Shown: piece by piece, positions 62,289 through 64,000 of the stretch
How positions within the stretch are numbered: position 1 is the first letter of the stretch
Layout of the letters: every line of letters begins with the position of its first letter
Assembly: GCA_951812525.1 (NCBI GenBank)
Contig: OX638316.1
Coordinates: 1,706,630-1,770,629 of the forward strand
DNA: 64,000 nt
DNA from: an uncultured Poribacteria bacterium
GTDB lineage: Bacteria; Poribacteria; WGA-4E; WGA-3G
Direction: 5' to 3'
Notes under the pieces: generated by a model
What the model saw: the letters and a program-made list of their open reading frames with translations, nothing else
What the model was told of the DNA's origin: nothing
Databases searched by the model: none
Made by a program: the position numbers and the translations under genes

Positions 62289-63106
62289 TCCCACAAATCG
62301 AGTCCAAGCAGTTTGCGTCCTAAGGGTGTCAGTTTCGCCGATCCGTAATTTTTCGCTTCCCACCCGCGTGGGTCGCCCGGATAGGGTCCTCGACCCAACG
62401 CTCGCCGCTCTCGCCAGAGCGTGATGCGTTCTTGTCTTCGTTCTTCATCCATCGGATCGGGAGCGGGATAGAAGTTCATGTATTGCGCCAATCGCGGTTT
62501 ATCAGAGGTATTGCGACCGTTGCCGTGTGGAAGTGCTACATGCCAAATGAGCAGTGAGCCTGCTTTCCCTGGTACCTGAATGAAGTGTTCCGACGAGATT
62601 TCTGGCACCCACGGGTTTTCTATATCAATCAGCGATTTGTGTGCGCCGGGCCAGCAGACGAAAGACCCTTGATTATCAGTTGTGTCTTTCAGAAACAGTA
62701 CGCCTTGTGTACTGAACCTAACGGGTAGTTTCGAGGTGTCCGCATCCCAGTGGTACATACCCTTATGATCCCATTCAGGGTAGTCGGGATGTTTGGGCGG
62801 TTTCATGTTGACTCGGTCGGGGTGTACCCAAATCCGGTGGGTGCCGTATACTTCGGTATAGATTTGATGGATCGGTGGGTGTTGGTAGACGTTCCACATG
62901 GCTTGGTGTTGGTACATCTCCACCATACCTGCGCCGGGTTTATGAGGTGTGCGATACCAGTCATTTGGGTCTGAAGGATCCATCTCCAAAAACGCAAAGA
63001 TTGCATCAACGACTGCATCGCAGAGTTCAGTCGGAACGGCATTTTCGATGACCATGTAGCCGTATTCATCAAAATGTTCGTGGTGTGCTTGTGTTAGTAT
63101 TGACAT
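62285..63106 (-). CDS. Phytanoyl-CoA dioxygenase (PhyH) family protein
   Basis: 273 aa. The N-terminal FDEYGYMVIENAVP, the HxD in YHWDAD and the distal His in WHVALPHGNG all fit the family. Confidence 0.7.
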   Translation of the reverse strand: MSILTQAHHEHFDEYGYMVIENAVPTELCDAVVDAIFAFLEMDPSDPNDWYRTPHKPGAGMVEMYQHQAMWNVYQHPPIHQIYTEVYGTHRIWVHPDRVNMKPPKHPDYPEWDHKGMYHWDADTSKLPVRFSTQGVLFLKDTTDNQGSFVCWPGAHKSLIDIENPWVPEISSEHFIQVPGKAGSLLIWHVALPHGNGRNTSDKPRLAQYMNFYPAPDPMDEERRQERITLWRERRALGRGPYPGDPRGWEAKNYGSAKLTPLGRKLLGLDLWD

Positions 63107-63252
63107 TTACATTTCCTTTTATAGTGGTTATAAAACTACATAGACATTCTCTCTTTATAACAGAGGACACCCAACACCTGTAGGAGGGTTTGTAACCCCG
63201 ACTCCTTTCAATCTCCAAGTAATTCTAAATCTACCAGAGTATTACCACTTGA

Positions 63253-64000
63253 TTAAACGTGCTGTTGTAAGGTTGTCCGTGCTGCCTGGTACAAACGAAA
63301 TAGACTCTCGTGTGTTTCTTGGGCGAGTATCTGCGGATGCCATACTAAATCTCCTATCAAGTCGCTGATGACAAACCCAGATGCCATATCAACGCCGCGC
63401 AGCGTGCTGATGGCAAACAGAGCAGCGGCTTCCATCTCGACCGTGACAACCCCCTCCTGTTGATAATGCTGAATCTCTCCAACCGTTTCGCGAAAAAAGG
63501 CATCGATTGTCCATGTGGGTCCCTGTGTATAACGAATACCGTCCTGTTTAAGCGTCTGCTTAAGGACAGCTGTCAGGTTTTCGGAGGGTAGTGCGGGTGT
63601 CGATGGGTCTTCCAAGTAGTGGTATGAAACGCCTTCATCACGGATCGCACTCGTACAAACAACAACATCACCAATATGAGAGGTTGTTTGTAGTCCACCA
63701 GCAATCCCAACGTTGATGAATCGCTTGACCCCCAGTTCTATGTAGATTTCAAGGAGCATTGAGACACTAGGCGCACCGATGCCGTTATTCCCGCTAACTG
63801 CTACGCGGTTGTCGGTTTCGGTCAGCAGATAGAATCCTCCACCTACTCCGTGAACCTGCTCCACCTTTTCAGCCTTCGTAATACGATTGAGTAGATTTCC
63901 TTCATAACAAAAGATGACGCTTTCGGGGATGGGGAAGTCGGGGATAAGGCCTTGTTGGCGGAAGTAGGCGACATGCTCTTGTGGCGTGACTATGGGTCGT
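63253..64000 (-). CDS. Nucleoside phosphorylase (PNP/UDP family 1), N-terminus outside the window
   Basis: The track lists 63253..63864, but the same frame stays open to 64000 (..RPIVTPQEHVAYFRQQGLIPDFPIPESVIFCYEGNLLNRITKAEKVEQVHG..). Family motifs are GIGAPSVSMLLE, INVGIAGGL and VTVEMEAAALF. Confidence 0.7.
   Translation of the reverse strand, partial: RPIVTPQEHVAYFRQQGLIPDFPIPESVIFCYEGNLLNRITKAEKVEQVHGVGGGFYLLTETDNRVAVSGNNGIGAPSVSMLLEIYIELGVKRFINVGIAGGLQTTSHIGDVVVCTSAIRDEGVSYHYLEDPSTPALPSENLTAVLKQTLKQDGIRYTQGPTWTIDAFFRETVGEIQHYQQEGVVTVEMEAAALFAISTLRGVDMASGFVISDLIGDLVWHPQILAQETHESLFRLYQAARTTLQQHV

Noticed and set aside
1-64000. A search for tRNA, rRNA, tmRNA, transposase, integrase or prophage genes and for att-like boundaries.
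   Set aside because: I found no T-loop/acceptor patterns, rRNA-like conserved blocks or recombinase motifs by eye. The only mobile-looking features are the small REP/heptad repeats and the MITE-like element at 49331-49507.

Overview
This is a gene-dense 64 kb chromosomal segment from a diderm bacterium with about 50 protein genes. Strong AGGAGG-type ribosome-binding sites argue against Bacteroidota. The mix of sulfatase, three PhyH dioxygenases, CotH, a MoxR/DUF58/BatA-type operon, FG-GAP lipoproteins and a giant LRR protein with a T9SS-type C-terminal tail suggests an uncultivated PVC/FCB-like or sponge-symbiont-like lineage, but that is only a guess. I saw no rRNA, tRNA, CRISPR array, transposase or integrase.

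Main blocks:
- 1-1410: a truncated ParA-like ATPase and an SDR oxidoreductase.
- 1545-8675 (minus strand): an Opp/Dpp-type peptide ABC transporter operon with a consensus sigma70 promoter. A nucleotidyltransferase + HEPN-like fusion gene sits between the ATPase genes and the binding-protein gene.
- 8844-14410 (minus strand): ECF sigma/anti-sigma pair, methyltransferase, HEAT/zinc-ribbon protein, a canonical HepT/MntA toxin-antitoxin pair, PepP and an AstE/AspA-like enzyme.
- 14726-19213: rpiA, envelope proteins, an RNHCP protein, an M20 peptidase and a cupin.
- 19214-25383: an 840 bp AT-rich leader followed by a 1776-aa secreted protein (HExxH protease-like, cadherin-like, five LRR blocks, dockerin-like, T9SS tail).
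- 25444-32590: M81 peptidase, aldo/keto reductase, PhyH, sulfatase, CotH.
- 32671-47120: an 8-gene MoxR-DUF58-BatA-like operon extended by three atypical genes.
- 47321-55300: membrane proteins and lipoproteins, a PD40 propeller, an enolase-superfamily enzyme, PhyH and an SDR.
- 55462-61099 (minus strand): a TetR-headed envelope cluster with two paralogous FG-GAP lipoproteins, a CE4 deacetylase and an OMP barrel. A palindromic operator candidate is shared by two promoters.
- 61482-64000: LamG protein, PhyH and a partial nucleoside phosphorylase.

The most unusual non-genic signal is a modular intergenic repeat family. It combines tandem TCAGNNN heptads with a GC-rich hairpin that has a conserved AGGA loop, compensatory stem changes and a TACC tail. 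Near-identical heptad tracts also lie in frame inside two coding sequences.

All functional calls rest on motif recognition by eye. No database searches were run.
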